Source of the DNA: a virus
Lineage: Duplodnaviria > Caudoviricetes
Direction: 5' to 3' (one strand)
Virus record (IMG/VR): IMGVR_UViG_2863389319_000001
DNA: 64,000 nt
In this document: positions 9,291 to 18,225 of the stretch, one piece after another
Numbering within the stretch: position 1 is the first letter of the stretch
Layout of the letters: every line of letters begins with the position of its first letter
Translations under genes and position numbers: made by a program
Notes under the pieces: generated by a model
What the model was told of the DNA's origin: nothing
What the model saw: only the letters and a program-made list of their open reading frames with translations
Databases searched by the model: none

Positions 9291-9878
9291 ATGGCCCTCT
9301 TCAAGAAGTCCCAGCCCTCTGACTCTTCCGGTCCGGCGCCGCTCGCCGAGTACAAGGTCGTCTACAAGGGGGGCCTGGCGGACCTGCCGAAGGCGAAGGT
9401 CGCGGGGATCGAGTTCCGGGTCTGGGGCGATCGGTTCACGCTCGACCCGACCGCGGCGGCCAAAAGGTTCTGGACGCCGCTCGCGATCCCCTTCTCCGCC
9501 ATCTCCGACCTGAAGATCGTCACCCGGCAAGTCGGCACAGGGCAGGCGATCCTCGCCGGCGCCAACGCCCGGAACTTGGCGCAGGACAACAACATCCACT
9601 TCCACTTCCAGGACGCTGCCGGCCAACAAGTCATCCTGCGCGTCGAGATGCTCACCGGCGTCACCGTCCAGGGCCAGGCCAAGAAGGCCGCCGAGTTCAA
9701 CGACCTGCTGCAGGCCCACGGCATTCGGCGGCTCTTCGGTGGCGCGCCCCAGGCAGCAGCCACGGCGCCGACCGGCGGCTCGCTGGCCGATGAGATCGCC
9801 AAGCTGCAGCAGCTCCTGCAGGCTGGCGCCCTGAGCCAGACCGAGTTCGAGCAGGCGAAGGCCCGGCTCCTCGGGTAG
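9291..9878 (+). CDS. SHOCT-domain protein
   Basis: C-terminal SLADEIAKLQQLLQAGALSQTEFEQAKARLL. Confidence 0.8.
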   Translation: MALFKKSQPSDSSGPAPLAEYKVVYKGGLADLPKAKVAGIEFRVWGDRFTLDPTAAAKRFWTPLAIPFSAISDLKIVTRQVGTGQAILAGANARNLAQDNNIHFHFQDAAGQQVILRVEMLTGVTVQGQAKKAAEFNDLLQAHGIRRLFGGAPQAAATAPTGGSLADEIAKLQQLLQAGALSQTEFEQAKARLLG

Positions 9879-9902
9879 TCCGACCTGTGCGCGGTGCAGG
9901 TC

Positions 9903-9932
9903 GGGCCACCCCCGAAATTTCGGGGGTGGCCC
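9903..9932. terminator. perfect 30-bp palindrome, probable terminator
   Basis: GGGCCACCCCCGAAA/TTTCGGGGGTGGCCC after the SHOCT gene. Confidence 0.65.
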
Positions 9933-10021
9933 CGTCAGCCCCGCGCTTCGATATCGTGGCGATATGCCGGGCCGGCGGCCCGCGCGATCACCCTGTCCCT
10001 CAGCGCAGACCGGAGGCCCCG

Positions 10022-10288
10022 ATGACCGACGAGCCGTGGACACTCGAGCGGATCTCCGACGCCTTGGGCAGCCCCGGCGTCCGCAAGGTATTCCTCGCGC
10101 AGATCAACAAGGCGCCGGTCTACGAGCTGTCGAACGTCGCCGCGAAGTGGCAGGGCATCGCCGAGCGGACCCTGGCCACGGGTGAGCGGATCCGCGCCGA
10201 TCACGCCGAGGTGGAAGCCGGTCGGCCGCTGCCCGGCGAGTGGATCGAGGGCTCGCACCGCATCGCCCAGCATCGCGGTGCCGCCTGA
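10022..10288 (+). CDS. putative antitoxin
   Basis: 88 aa (MTDEPWTLERI...), GGAGG RBS, directly upstream of a RelE-like ORF. Confidence 0.55.
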   Translation: MTDEPWTLERISDALGSPGVRKVFLAQINKAPVYELSNVAAKWQGIAERTLATGERIRADHAEVEAGRPLPGEWIEGSHRIAQHRGAA

Positions 10289-10289
10289 G

Positions 10290-10538
10290 ATGACCTACGC
10301 CCTGCGCTACGACAAGACGATCGAAATGATCTGGGACAGCCTCCCGGAGCCTGCCTCGCAAGCCCTCGGTGATGCCCTGGCGCAGGCCTGCGCCGATCCG
10401 CTCGGCCGGACCGAGCCGTACGGCGAGGACGACGGCGTCATGCGGACCCTGGTGGTCTCCGAGCTTCTGTTCGCCGTCGTGTACCTCGGCCACGTCACCC
10501 GCACCCTGCACCTGTACCAGATCGACTACGTGGGCTGA
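10290..10538 (+). CDS. putative RelE/ParE-like toxin
   Basis: 82 aa MTYALRYDKTIEMIWDSLP...CADP...; size and secondary-structure pattern resemble RelE. Confidence 0.55.
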   Translation: MTYALRYDKTIEMIWDSLPEPASQALGDALAQACADPLGRTEPYGEDDGVMRTLVVSELLFAVVYLGHVTRTLHLYQIDYVG

Positions 10539-10605
10539 CGGGTCCCCAGGGAACTGCTGCGCCCCGCGGCCCGAATTGGGCGGCGGGGCGTCGTCGTACC
10601 CGGGT

Positions 10606-11022
10606 TCAGCGGATCATCTGCAGGTAGGCCTTCGCGCTGGAGTGCAGGTCGAATGCCGCACCGAACCCGACCGCGGGCGACACGGAGCGGGCCGAGTACA
10701 CGTCGACGGCCGAGAACTCCCCGCGGTCGACCTTGATCAGCGCAGCTACCAGGGCCTGCTCGACGGTGGCGGGGTCGCTCGTCACGGCTGGCACCTCCCG
10801 CTCCGGGATCTTCTCGCCGAGGATCGGGTCCCGCTCCGGCTGCTTGTAGTCGTCGCCAGGGGCAACGGAGACGGCCTGCCACCTGGTGGTCTTGCCAGCA
10901 GCCTCCACGGCGATTCCGTACGGGTGGCGGGTGTAGCCGGTGGCGGCGAGGGCCGCCGCCTTGAGGCCGGGGATAGTCGCCGCGGCGTCGAGGAGCAGCT
11001 GCTGGAAACGGTGAGGGCGCAT
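10606..11022 (-). CDS. hypothetical protein
   Basis: 138-aa ORF with AAGGA RBS. Confidence 0.7.
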   Translation of the reverse strand: MRPHRFQQLLLDAAATIPGLKAAALAATGYTRHPYGIAVEAAGKTTRWQAVSVAPGDDYKQPERDPILGEKIPEREVPAVTSDPATVEQALVAALIKVDRGEFSAVDVYSARSVSPAVGFGAAFDLHSSAKAYLQMIR

Positions 11023-11097
11023 GGGGGTCCTTCGGGGATTCGGGGTCGTTCGATTATGTACGCCGCGAACGTCATGAACGGACCGCCCCGCCGGGCG

Positions 11098-11361
11098 TCA
11101 GAGCGCCCGGAGCGCCCTCTCGCAGTCCCTGCAGCGCTGCTCCTCCATGCCCGGCGGATACCAGGGCTCGCCAGGCCGGACGGGCCGGTAGTGGGCGTGC
11201 TCCATCGGCCCGGTGTCCAGGCCGCACAACGTGACCCCGAGCGGATCCTCGGGCACGTCCGGATCAGCGCCGGCCGCGTGCACCACGAGCACAACCGGCT
11301 CGACACCGTCGGATCCGAGGGCCCCCTCCTGCTCCAGCTCGAACAGCACGACGATCGCCAT
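11098..11361 (-). CDS. hypothetical protein with LCG...CxxC motif
   Basis: 87-aa ORF. Confidence 0.6.
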   Translation of the reverse strand: MAIVVLFELEQEGALGSDGVEPVVLVVHAAGADPDVPEDPLGVTLCGLDTGPMEHAHYRPVRPGEPWYPPGMEEQRCRDCERALRAL

Positions 11362-11496
11362 GCCCCCAGCCTTATTCCCATTCGAGGGTCGCGCATCTTC
11401 CGGGCTCAGCGCCCCGCCGTGCTTTCATGCGCTCTGGTGCCGGGTCCCTCCATTGCGGTTGGCTGGACGCATCAACCCTCCGACAAGGGAGCCTCG

Positions 11497-11643
11497 ATGG
11501 TCCTCGAACCCCTCGGCATGGCCGGCGGTGACGGGAACGGCGGGAATGGCGACATGCTTCCCGGCCAGCCGTGGCCCGTACCAGCCCCGGAACCCCAGCC
11601 CGACGGCGGGCCGCCGCCTGGTGACGGGGGCCACCGTAAGTGA
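11497..11643 (+). CDS. putative RiPP precursor peptide (imiditide/pamtide-like)
   Basis: 48 aa MVLEPLGMAGGDGNGGNGDMLPGQPWPVPAPEPQPDGGPPPGDGGHRK; AAGGGAG RBS; GTGA overlap with the methyltransferase. Confidence 0.7.
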   Translation: MVLEPLGMAGGDGNGGNGDMLPGQPWPVPAPEPQPDGGPPPGDGGHRK

Positions 11644-12776
11644 CCGCCACCAATCAGGACCGTCCCGCTGCGCCGGGGCGGTCCTTCCCTGTCTCCGACC
11701 CCTGGGTCGCGGCGTTCGAGGCCGTCCCTCGCGCCCAGTTCCTGCCCGACCTGATGTGGGCACACGACATGGCCCGAGGCGCCAGCGTCCCTGTCGACCG
11801 CACGGCGGACCCGGGCGCCTGGAACGCTGCCGCGCAGGCCGACATCCCGATCGTCACCCAGTGGGACGACGGGCGGCACCGTGGCAGCCCGCCAGGCACA
11901 GTGCCGACCAGCTCGGCGAGCATGCCATCCGTCGTCGCGGCCATGCTGGACGACCTCGACGTGAGCCCAGGTATGCGCGTTCTGGAGATCGGCGCCGGTA
12001 CCGGCTGGAACGCCGGGCTGCTCACGCACCGGCTCGGCGGCTCACAGGTCGTCAGCATGGAGGTGGATCCCGCCGTTGCCGAGACCGCCCGCCAGAACCT
12101 GGCTGCCAGCGGCCTCCATCCGACTGTGATCACTGGCGATGGCTATGCAGGCCACCCAGCCGGGGCCCCCTACGACCGGATCATCGCCACATGCGGCATG
12201 CGGCAGATTCCGCAGGCCTGGGTCGAGCAGCTCCGCCCCGGCGGCATCATCGTGGCCCCCTGGGGGACCCACTTCGAGAATGGCGACGCGCTCGTCCGAC
12301 TGGCCATCTCCCAGGACGGCATCGCGGCTGGCCCTTTTCTGCGGCCGGTGGAGTTCATGAAGCTGCGCGCACAGCGTCTCCGCCCACCCCAGCATCCGGC
12401 CGAGTTCCCCGGCGACGCCGACACCAGCACCACGACCCTGCGGCTGCCGTTCGGCCCGTGGGAGGCGTTCCCGTTCGCCGCCGGCCTGCGCCTGGATGGC
12501 GTGACCCACGTTGCTGGTCGCCGTGGCGACGAGCAGGCGGTGTGGCTGTACGGGCTCGCCGACCAGTCTTGGGCGGCCACGGTCTTCCGGGATGGTGTCG
12601 ACCACGCCACGGTGTGGCAGTCGGGGCCTCGACGGCTCTGGGATGAGATCGAGGCCGCGTATCAGTGGTGGACGGCCGTGGGCCAGCCGGGCTTTGAGCG
12701 GTTCGGACTGACCGTCGATCAGGATGGCGAGCGGGCATGGCTCGACCATCCCGCCAACCTCGTAAGGGCAAGGTGA
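11640..12776 (+). CDS. protein-L-isoaspartate O-methyltransferase homologue (RiPP-type, with C-terminal extension)
   Basis: VPRAQFLP, PTSSASMP, VLEIGAGTGWNA, GDGYAG..APYDRIIAT; C-terminal QSGPRRLWD...FGLTV. Confidence 0.9.
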   Translation: MTATNQDRPAAPGRSFPVSDPWVAAFEAVPRAQFLPDLMWAHDMARGASVPVDRTADPGAWNAAAQADIPIVTQWDDGRHRGSPPGTVPTSSASMPSVVAAMLDDLDVSPGMRVLEIGAGTGWNAGLLTHRLGGSQVVSMEVDPAVAETARQNLAASGLHPTVITGDGYAGHPAGAPYDRIIATCGMRQIPQAWVEQLRPGGIIVAPWGTHFENGDALVRLAISQDGIAAGPFLRPVEFMKLRAQRLRPPQHPAEFPGDADTSTTTLRLPFGPWEAFPFAAGLRLDGVTHVAGRRGDEQAVWLYGLADQSWAATVFRDGVDHATVWQSGPRRLWDEIEAAYQWWTAVGQPGFERFGLTVDQDGERAWLDHPANLVRAR

Positions 12777-12965
12777 CCCGTGCAGGGATGGGTGAACCCG
12801 AAGTACCGCGAGGCGGTCACCTCCGTCCGGCAACTGCCGCGCACGCCATGGCGTGACGGCAGGCTCCGGCCCCGCGGCGCCGTCATGGCCGTCGGCAATG
12901 CGATCTACGTGGTCCGGCCAGCCGAGGGCAAGCCAACTACGGAGTAGAGCCAGCCCGAGCATGAC

Positions 12966-13000
12966 GAAGGCGCCCACCGCGACTTGCGGTGGGCGCCTTC
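12966..13000. terminator. bidirectional intrinsic terminator
   Basis: GAAGGCGCCCACCGC-gactt-GCGGTGGGCGCCTTC between convergent genes. Confidence 0.8.
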
Positions 13001-13014
13001 ATCGCTGCCCCCGA

Positions 13015-13794
13015 TCAGCCGGTGCGCGGCCAAGCGGCGGAAGAGTCGCGCTGAACCTGGTACGCCAGCGCGAATCGCTCGCCTGACATGCGGGTTTCGT
13101 TCACCTCAATGGCGATGGTCTCGTCACCGCGCCGGATATGACTGGTACGGGTAACGACGAGGACCGGGATCGCCTTCGAGATCTTCAGGGCCGCCTGCTC
13201 CTCCTCCGTGGGCGAGCGAGTCCAAGCCGCTTCGTCCCAGCTGATCGGCGCCTTGAAGTATTCTTCGGCCCGGTCATAGATCCCGCCCGGGCCGGGCTTC
13301 TCGGCCCCCAGCGCGGGGATCTCTCCGACCAGGGCCACCGGGATGTAGCTGCTAGCGAGTTGGAGGACCTGCTTCGGCGTGGGCGGCCCCATCCGGCGAT
13401 CTCGGACGAGGACGTCCTGTCCGCGCGGCACGCCGAGGATGTCGGCGACGTGGTCGGGCGGGACAGCAAGTCCGCGGGTCGGCGCCTCGATGGCCACCCA
13501 GTCTTTTGCGTTCTGATCGAAGAAGTAGCCGATCTCGTCGCGGTAGACCGTGCGGTCCCGGACGACGATGCGGCTACGCGGACGCTCGCGCACGTAGGCC
13601 CCCTGTCGGCCACGGATCTCCACGTAGCCGTCAGCCGCCAGCGCGCGGACGGACTTCATGGCAGTACCCCTGTGGACACCGTACCGTTCGGCGATCTCCT
13701 CCCCTGAGGGCAACTTAGAGCCGGGGCCAAACTCGCCGGCCTCGATCGCCGCCCGCAATTCATCTGCGACACGGCGGGTCTGATCCCCGGTCAT
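13015..13794 (-). CDS. GntR/UTRA family transfer repressor (KorSA/TraR-like)
   Basis: GntR winged helix (GSKLPS..IAERYGV.R.T) plus UTRA domain; divergent from the transfer operon. Confidence 0.88.
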   Translation of the reverse strand: MTGDQTRRVADELRAAIEAGEFGPGSKLPSGEEIAERYGVHRGTAMKSVRALAADGYVEIRGRQGAYVRERPRSRIVVRDRTVYRDEIGYFFDQNAKDWVAIEAPTRGLAVPPDHVADILGVPRGQDVLVRDRRMGPPTPKQVLQLASSYIPVALVGEIPALGAEKPGPGGIYDRAEEYFKAPISWDEAAWTRSPTEEEQAALKISKAIPVLVVTRTSHIRRGDETIAIEVNETRMSGERFALAYQVQRDSSAAWPRTG

Positions 13795-13962
13795 CCGTCC
13801 TCCTCGCGGTTAGTCATGGCGCGTTTCTTTCTCTTAGGCTATCCCAGAGCACGTGGTGCATGCTACGGTCTAGCTGTACCAACCAGAACGGCCCCGACAG
13901 GTGATAGCGCACCGGTCGGGGCCCAGATCAGCCCACCCTGCGTCAACAGGAAGGCCGGTCCA

Positions 13963-14202
13963 ATGACCGATCGTAGTGCCGCTACAAGCCGTAGCACATC
14001 CCAGGGGGCCCTTGAAGACCCCAGCTTCACCCCTCCGGTCCCGTCGCCCGCCGATGCGCTTGACGCGGCCCAGGCCGAACTGAACGCCCTCGCCGCCGGC
14101 ATCAACGACCGCAGCCTCGACGGAGACCAGCGGTACGACCTCCTGCAGGACATCCAGTCGGCCGCAGGCCGTCTCGACGAGCTGAAGCGGGGCCCCCAGT
14201 GA
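13963..14202 (+). CDS. hypothetical protein, first gene of the transfer operon
   Basis: MTDRSAAT start after AGGAAGG. Confidence 0.6.
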   Translation: MTDRSAATSRSTSQGALEDPSFTPPVPSPADALDAAQAELNALAAGINDRSLDGDQRYDLLQDIQSAAGRLDELKRGPQ

Positions 14203-14466
14203 TGCTCGCCGCGCTCCTCATCCTGATCATCATCAGCACCGGCGCCATGTGGCTCTACCACTGCCACGGCCGCACCTTCGAGCGCAACCCGAAGGACTCG
14301 CAGTGAGCGTCGACACCGGCCACACGATGGGCCTGACCCGCGCCGAGATCGCTGCGGCCCTGCGCGGCACCCCCGCCGACGAACCCGCACCGACCACCAG
14401 CTGGTCGTGGGACAAGCCCGACACCCGCCCCGCAGCGTGGGCCGCTTCCGGAGAGGACAAGTAGCC

Positions 14467-14775
14467 GTGCCCATCACTTTCCACGAACTCATCGCCGCCC
14501 ACAGCGAGATGCTCGCCCGCATCGCCTGCGGATCGATCGCCACCGAACCCGTCGCGTTCGTTTGCCAGCTCGGTGAGCTTGTCGACGACTCCGACCTCCG
14601 CGACAACCCGAGTTTCGAGGGCACCGCCGAGAGTCTCCGGGCTGCCGTCACGCTCCTCGCTGAGGCCCTCGACCGGCCCGCCAGCAGCCAGGCGCAGATC
14701 GATTTCCTGCAGGCCGCGGACAAGCACCTGCACGACCTCGCCGCCGACGCGATCGCCCGAAGGAGCAGCAAGTGA
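14467..14775 (+). CDS. hypothetical helical protein (paralogue of 15548-15835)
   Basis: ELIAAHSEMLA...QL...LAEAL...ADKHL. Confidence 0.65.
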   Translation: MPITFHELIAAHSEMLARIACGSIATEPVAFVCQLGELVDDSDLRDNPSFEGTAESLRAAVTLLAEALDRPASSQAQIDFLQAADKHLHDLAADAIARRSSK

Positions 14776-15008
14776 CCACCGAGACCTGGCCCGAGGGCGT
14801 GATCGCCCGCTACATGACCATGGTGGGCCTCGCCCTCGCCGACCCCAACATCACCGTTGACCTCATCAACGACGGCGGCGAAGCCATCTGCCGCGGCTGC
14901 GGCAAGGACTGGCCCAATCCCAACTACCCGTTCACCGTGCGGCAGTGGGCCGAGTCCCACGCCGAGACCTGCCGAGCCCTGCCCGATCCGAACGGGGCCC
15001 AGCGGTGA
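14772..15008 (+). CDS. small Zn-binding protein (CxxC...HxxxC)
   Basis: CRGCG...WAESHAETCRALP. Confidence 0.7.
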   Translation: MTTETWPEGVIARYMTMVGLALADPNITVDLINDGGEAICRGCGKDWPNPNYPFTVRQWAESHAETCRALPDPNGAQR

Positions 15009-15129
15009 GCGACCACATCAACGGTGGCTACGGGCAGCCGCTTCAAGCCCCGGCTGGCGGCAACCCACCCCAGTGCCAGACCAGTCAGCCCACCCCGCCC
15101 CCGCAGATCGAGGCCCCGAAGGAGCAGAA

Positions 15130-15399
15130 GTGACCACCTACGAGTACGCGATCACGATCGACATCCCCGGCCCGCACAAGCCCAACCCGCGCATCCCCGA
15201 GCAGACCCAGAACCTGAACGCCACCCGAACCCAGTACGCGTCCGGCGAGGTTGACCTCGCCGACAGCTTCGACCCGGCTTCCAGCGCGGACGTGGCCGTT
15301 GTCGCCAAGGGCCTCGTCAGCGACGTCTCCGGCCCGAAGTACGCCGGCAAGACCGTCACGGTCCGCGAGCTCACGCTCACCCCGAAGGAACGGCAGTGA
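15130..15399 (+). CDS. hypothetical protein
   Basis: GTG start VTTYEYAITI after AAGGAG. Confidence 0.6.
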   Translation: MTTYEYAITIDIPGPHKPNPRIPEQTQNLNATRTQYASGEVDLADSFDPASSADVAVVAKGLVSDVSGPKYAGKTVTVRELTLTPKERQ

Positions 15400-15547
15400 A
15401 CGTCAACGTCACCTGGCACCCGGCCGACGATCCGGGCGGCCGCCCCGCCACTGAGCAGGAGATCACCGATTTCCTCGCCAGCATGACCGCTCTCGACGGC
15501 ACCAACTACGTCGACATCTACCAGCAGACCATCGAGGAGGGCTGGGA

Positions 15548-15835
15548 ATGACCGCGAAGATCACCACGACGGCGGAGCTGATCGCCAATCACGCCGACAT
15601 GCTCGCCGACCTCTTCGGGGAACCGGCCAGCGCCAATCCCACCGAGCTCATCAGCCAGCTCGAAACGGTCGCCTCCGTGTACGAGGCGACCTCGATGACC
15701 ACCGACGCGGCCGACGCCCTCAGCAAGGCCGCCAACTACCTGGCGGAAGCCCTTGAAGACCCCCGCCGTGAGGCGCAGTTGATTCGCCGAGCCGACAAGC
15801 AGCTGTGCGTCATCGACGCGATGGCGCTGGCCTGA
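15548..15835 (+). CDS. hypothetical helical protein (paralogue of 14467-14775)
   Basis: ELIANHADMLA...QL...LAEAL...ADKQL. Confidence 0.7.
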   Translation: MTAKITTTAELIANHADMLADLFGEPASANPTELISQLETVASVYEATSMTTDAADALSKAANYLAEALEDPRREAQLIRRADKQLCVIDAMALA

Positions 15836-15847
15836 AAGGAAACCCTG

Positions 15848-15997
15848 ATGCGCGAGCACGTCACCCTCGACGACGACACGCCGTTCACCGAGACCGATTT
15901 CGAGCAGGTTCGGGAGCTCAGCGTCGCTGTGCACCACGCCGACCAGGACATCCCGAGGCTGGCCGACGAGGCCATCTACCGGCTTACCGGCCTGTAG
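15848..15997 (+). CDS. small acidic hypothetical protein
   Basis: MREHVTLDDD..., AAAGGA RBS. Confidence 0.5.
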   Translation: MREHVTLDDDTPFTETDFEQVRELSVAVHHADQDIPRLADEAIYRLTGL

Positions 15998-16159
15998 GTG
16001 AGTGCCTGCCACGAGCATGCCGAGGACGACCGCTCAGTCGCCACCGCCCTCGGCAGGCCCGCGCCTGCACACCACGACGACCCGCAAGTCCTGACCAACG
16101 CGACCGACTTGATCCGAATCCTCGGCTACCAGCCCGAAGCCGCTTGAAAGGCCACCACC

Positions 16160-16339
16160 ATGACCGCCGAGCACATCACCCCTGTCACCTACGAGATCAC
16201 CACCCCCGGCCGCACGATCACCGGCAACGCCACCGTCTTCGGCTCGATCGAGCACCGCGAGACCGTCGCCGCCCTCACCCAGCACCACCACCTCGACCTC
16301 GCCGAGATCACCGTCCAGCTCAGCACCATCGCGGCGTGA
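16160..16339 (+). CDS. small hypothetical protein
   Basis: MTAEHITPVTYEIT..., GAAAGG RBS. Confidence 0.55.
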   Translation: MTAEHITPVTYEITTPGRTITGNATVFGSIEHRETVAALTQHHHLDLAEITVQLSTIAA

Positions 16340-16513
16340 CGGTCGCCCCCGACGGCGCCGGCTACCACAACCTCGCCGGCGCCCCCGTCACCACTCAGCT
16401 CTACCTCGTCGGCCAGTACACCTGCGGCGGCTGCGGCCTCACCGAGACAGTTACCACTGAGCAACTGGGCGGCGCTCAACCACGCCAAGACCTGCGAAGG
16501 GGAACCCCAATGA
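16336..16513 (+). pseudogene. frameshifted CxxC...HxxxC Zn-binding gene
   Basis: CGGCG in one frame and NHAKTCEGEPQ* in the +1 frame, whose stop overlaps the next ATG. Confidence 0.5.
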
Positions 16514-16704
16514 TCAACCGTGAGAAGTACCCGCTGCTGGGCGCCGCGGCCGATGCCCTGGACGCCGGCGACTCCAAGCGTGCTGACGCCCTGGTCCGTG
16601 CCGCCGAGATCGCGGGCACCCCCGCTGAGAAGGCTGCACTGGCGACCACCGACAGGCTCATCGCAGCCGCTGACCAGCTCATCGCGGGCACGGCCGACCA
16701 GTAA
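16510..16704 (+). CDS. hypothetical Ala-rich protein
   Basis: MINREKYP... Confidence 0.55.
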   Translation: MINREKYPLLGAAADALDAGDSKRADALVRAAEIAGTPAEKAALATTDRLIAAADQLIAGTADQ

Positions 16705-16733
16705 TCACCATCATCAGAAACCAAGGAGCCGAA

Positions 16734-17153
16734 ATGACCGAGGCCTTCGAAACCGTCCGCCGCACAGCAGACGCAGTGGTCGTCACAGCCGATGGCCGCA
16801 ATCTGCTGCTGATCGAGCGCGACTGGCCGCCCTTCGAGGGGGCCTGGGCCCTCCCCGGCGGCCACGTAGACAGGGGGGAAACGAGCCGCGCCGCAGCCGC
16901 CCGCGAGCTGCTCGAGGAAACCGGAATCCTCCTGGCCACCAACGAGCTGGCCCAGATCGGCGTCTGGGACCAGCCTGGCCGGGACCCGCGCGGCAGGTAC
17001 GTCACCGTCGCCTACCTCGCCGTCGTCCCGGCTGGCACCCCGATCATCGCCGGGGACGACGCCCGCGCCGCCCGCTGGTGGCCGATCAACTCCCTGCCGC
17101 CGCTCGCATTCGACCACGCGGACATCATCGCCGCCGCCCTCACCCGCCGCTAA
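16734..17153 (+). CDS. Nudix hydrolase (pSAM2 Pif/MutT-like context)
   Basis: WALPGGHVDRGETSRAAAARELLEETG, RDPR, LAFDH. Confidence 0.92.
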   Translation: MTEAFETVRRTADAVVVTADGRNLLLIERDWPPFEGAWALPGGHVDRGETSRAAAARELLEETGILLATNELAQIGVWDQPGRDPRGRYVTVAYLAVVPAGTPIIAGDDARAARWWPINSLPPLAFDHADIIAAALTRR

Positions 17154-17198
17154 CCAGCCAACCGCTCCACTAGGGGCCCCGATCGCCACGAGGACACC

Positions 17199-18188
17199 GT
17201 GAAGTACCGCGCCGAAGATCGAACCCGCCTGATCCCGCACACCATCGACGGCATCACCGAGATGGTCCCGGAGGACTACACCGTCCACGTGCCCGTCCCA
17301 CCCCATGACTGGGACCGCATCATCCTCACCGCCGCCACTGCGGCCACCGCGGCCATCCTCACGGCGTCCGTCGTCTGGTCCACCAGTAGCGTCGGCGCGC
17401 TTCTCGGCCGGTCTGTCGAATCCGCCATCGCCTACGGCGCGGCTAGCGTCTTCGACCTCGTCTGGATCGTCTGTATGGCCGTCGAATGGCTGAACCGCTA
17501 TAACCCCCGCGGCGCCGTCCTCCCCCGCCGCGCCGGCCACATTGCACTCGTGATCGCTATGGCCGCGGTGTGCACCAACGGCTGGCTCACTGGGGGCGTC
17601 GCCCCCGGCATCATCGGCGCGGCCGTCTCCGCCCTCGCTAAGGGCACCTGGACCATCGTCATGAAGCACACCGCCAAGCCGCTGGACCCGCTCACACAGG
17701 GCTGGGTGGACCGGCAGATGTCCGAAGCAGGCGGCCGCCTCGCCCTCGGCTCCGTCCGCCGCCAGGTCGCGCGGGCCGACGGACAGTACGCCGCCCAGAT
17801 CGCCGCCCTCACCCCGGACGGGCCGGACACGGACAACGGACAGCCGGACACCGTGTCCGGGACAGTCCGGGCAGCTGTCCGCGCCGCCCTCACCACCATG
17901 CCCGGCGCCGCCCCCGACGAGATCGTCCGACAGCTGGCCCACGCCGGGATCCACACCGATGAGGACACCGTCCGACGCCTGTCCGGACAGCAGGACAGCA
18001 CGTCAGGGAAGGTGCTGCGTCTCACCGCCACCGCCGGGCCGAGCATCGCGGACACCATCCGGACACAGGTATCCGCAGGCGTGTCCGACCCGGTCGCTGT
18101 CCTCGCCCAAGTCCGGACTGTCCACGGATCCGATGTCCGCGCGGACACCGTCCTGCGGACACTGCGCCGGATCTCCCGCACCGCCTGA
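17199..18188 (+). CDS. SpdB-like multi-pass membrane plasmid-spread protein
   Basis: About four TM segments (FDLVWIVCMAVEWL) then a soluble C-terminal tail; in the transfer operon. Confidence 0.75.
   Translation: MKYRAEDRTRLIPHTIDGITEMVPEDYTVHVPVPPHDWDRIILTAATAATAAILTASVVWSTSSVGALLGRSVESAIAYGAASVFDLVWIVCMAVEWLNRYNPRGAVLPRRAGHIALVIAMAAVCTNGWLTGGVAPGIIGAAVSALAKGTWTIVMKHTAKPLDPLTQGWVDRQMSEAGGRLALGSVRRQVARADGQYAAQIAALTPDGPDTDNGQPDTVSGTVRAAVRAALTTMPGAAPDEIVRQLAHAGIHTDEDTVRRLSGQQDSTSGKVLRLTATAGPSIADTIRTQVSAGVSDPVAVLAQVRTVHGSDVRADTVLRTLRRISRTA
17781..18162. repeat. dense GGACA/TGTCC repeat field inside the spdB-like 3' end
   Basis: About 20 copies in about 380 bp on both strands, often paired as palindromes. 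Confidence 0.75.
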
Positions 18189-18225
18189 ACGACCCGAACC
18201 GCCACACGCTGACGAAGGAAAGATC

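Noticed and set aside
9903-9932. CCCCC...GGGGG palindrome as a solitary CRISPR repeat
   Set aside because: Perfect 15-bp arms without I-E handles, directly after a stop codon; better explained as a terminator
10369-11643. 424-aa + strand ORF
   Set aside because: Overlaps two better minus-strand genes; only the last 48 codons have an RBS and look real
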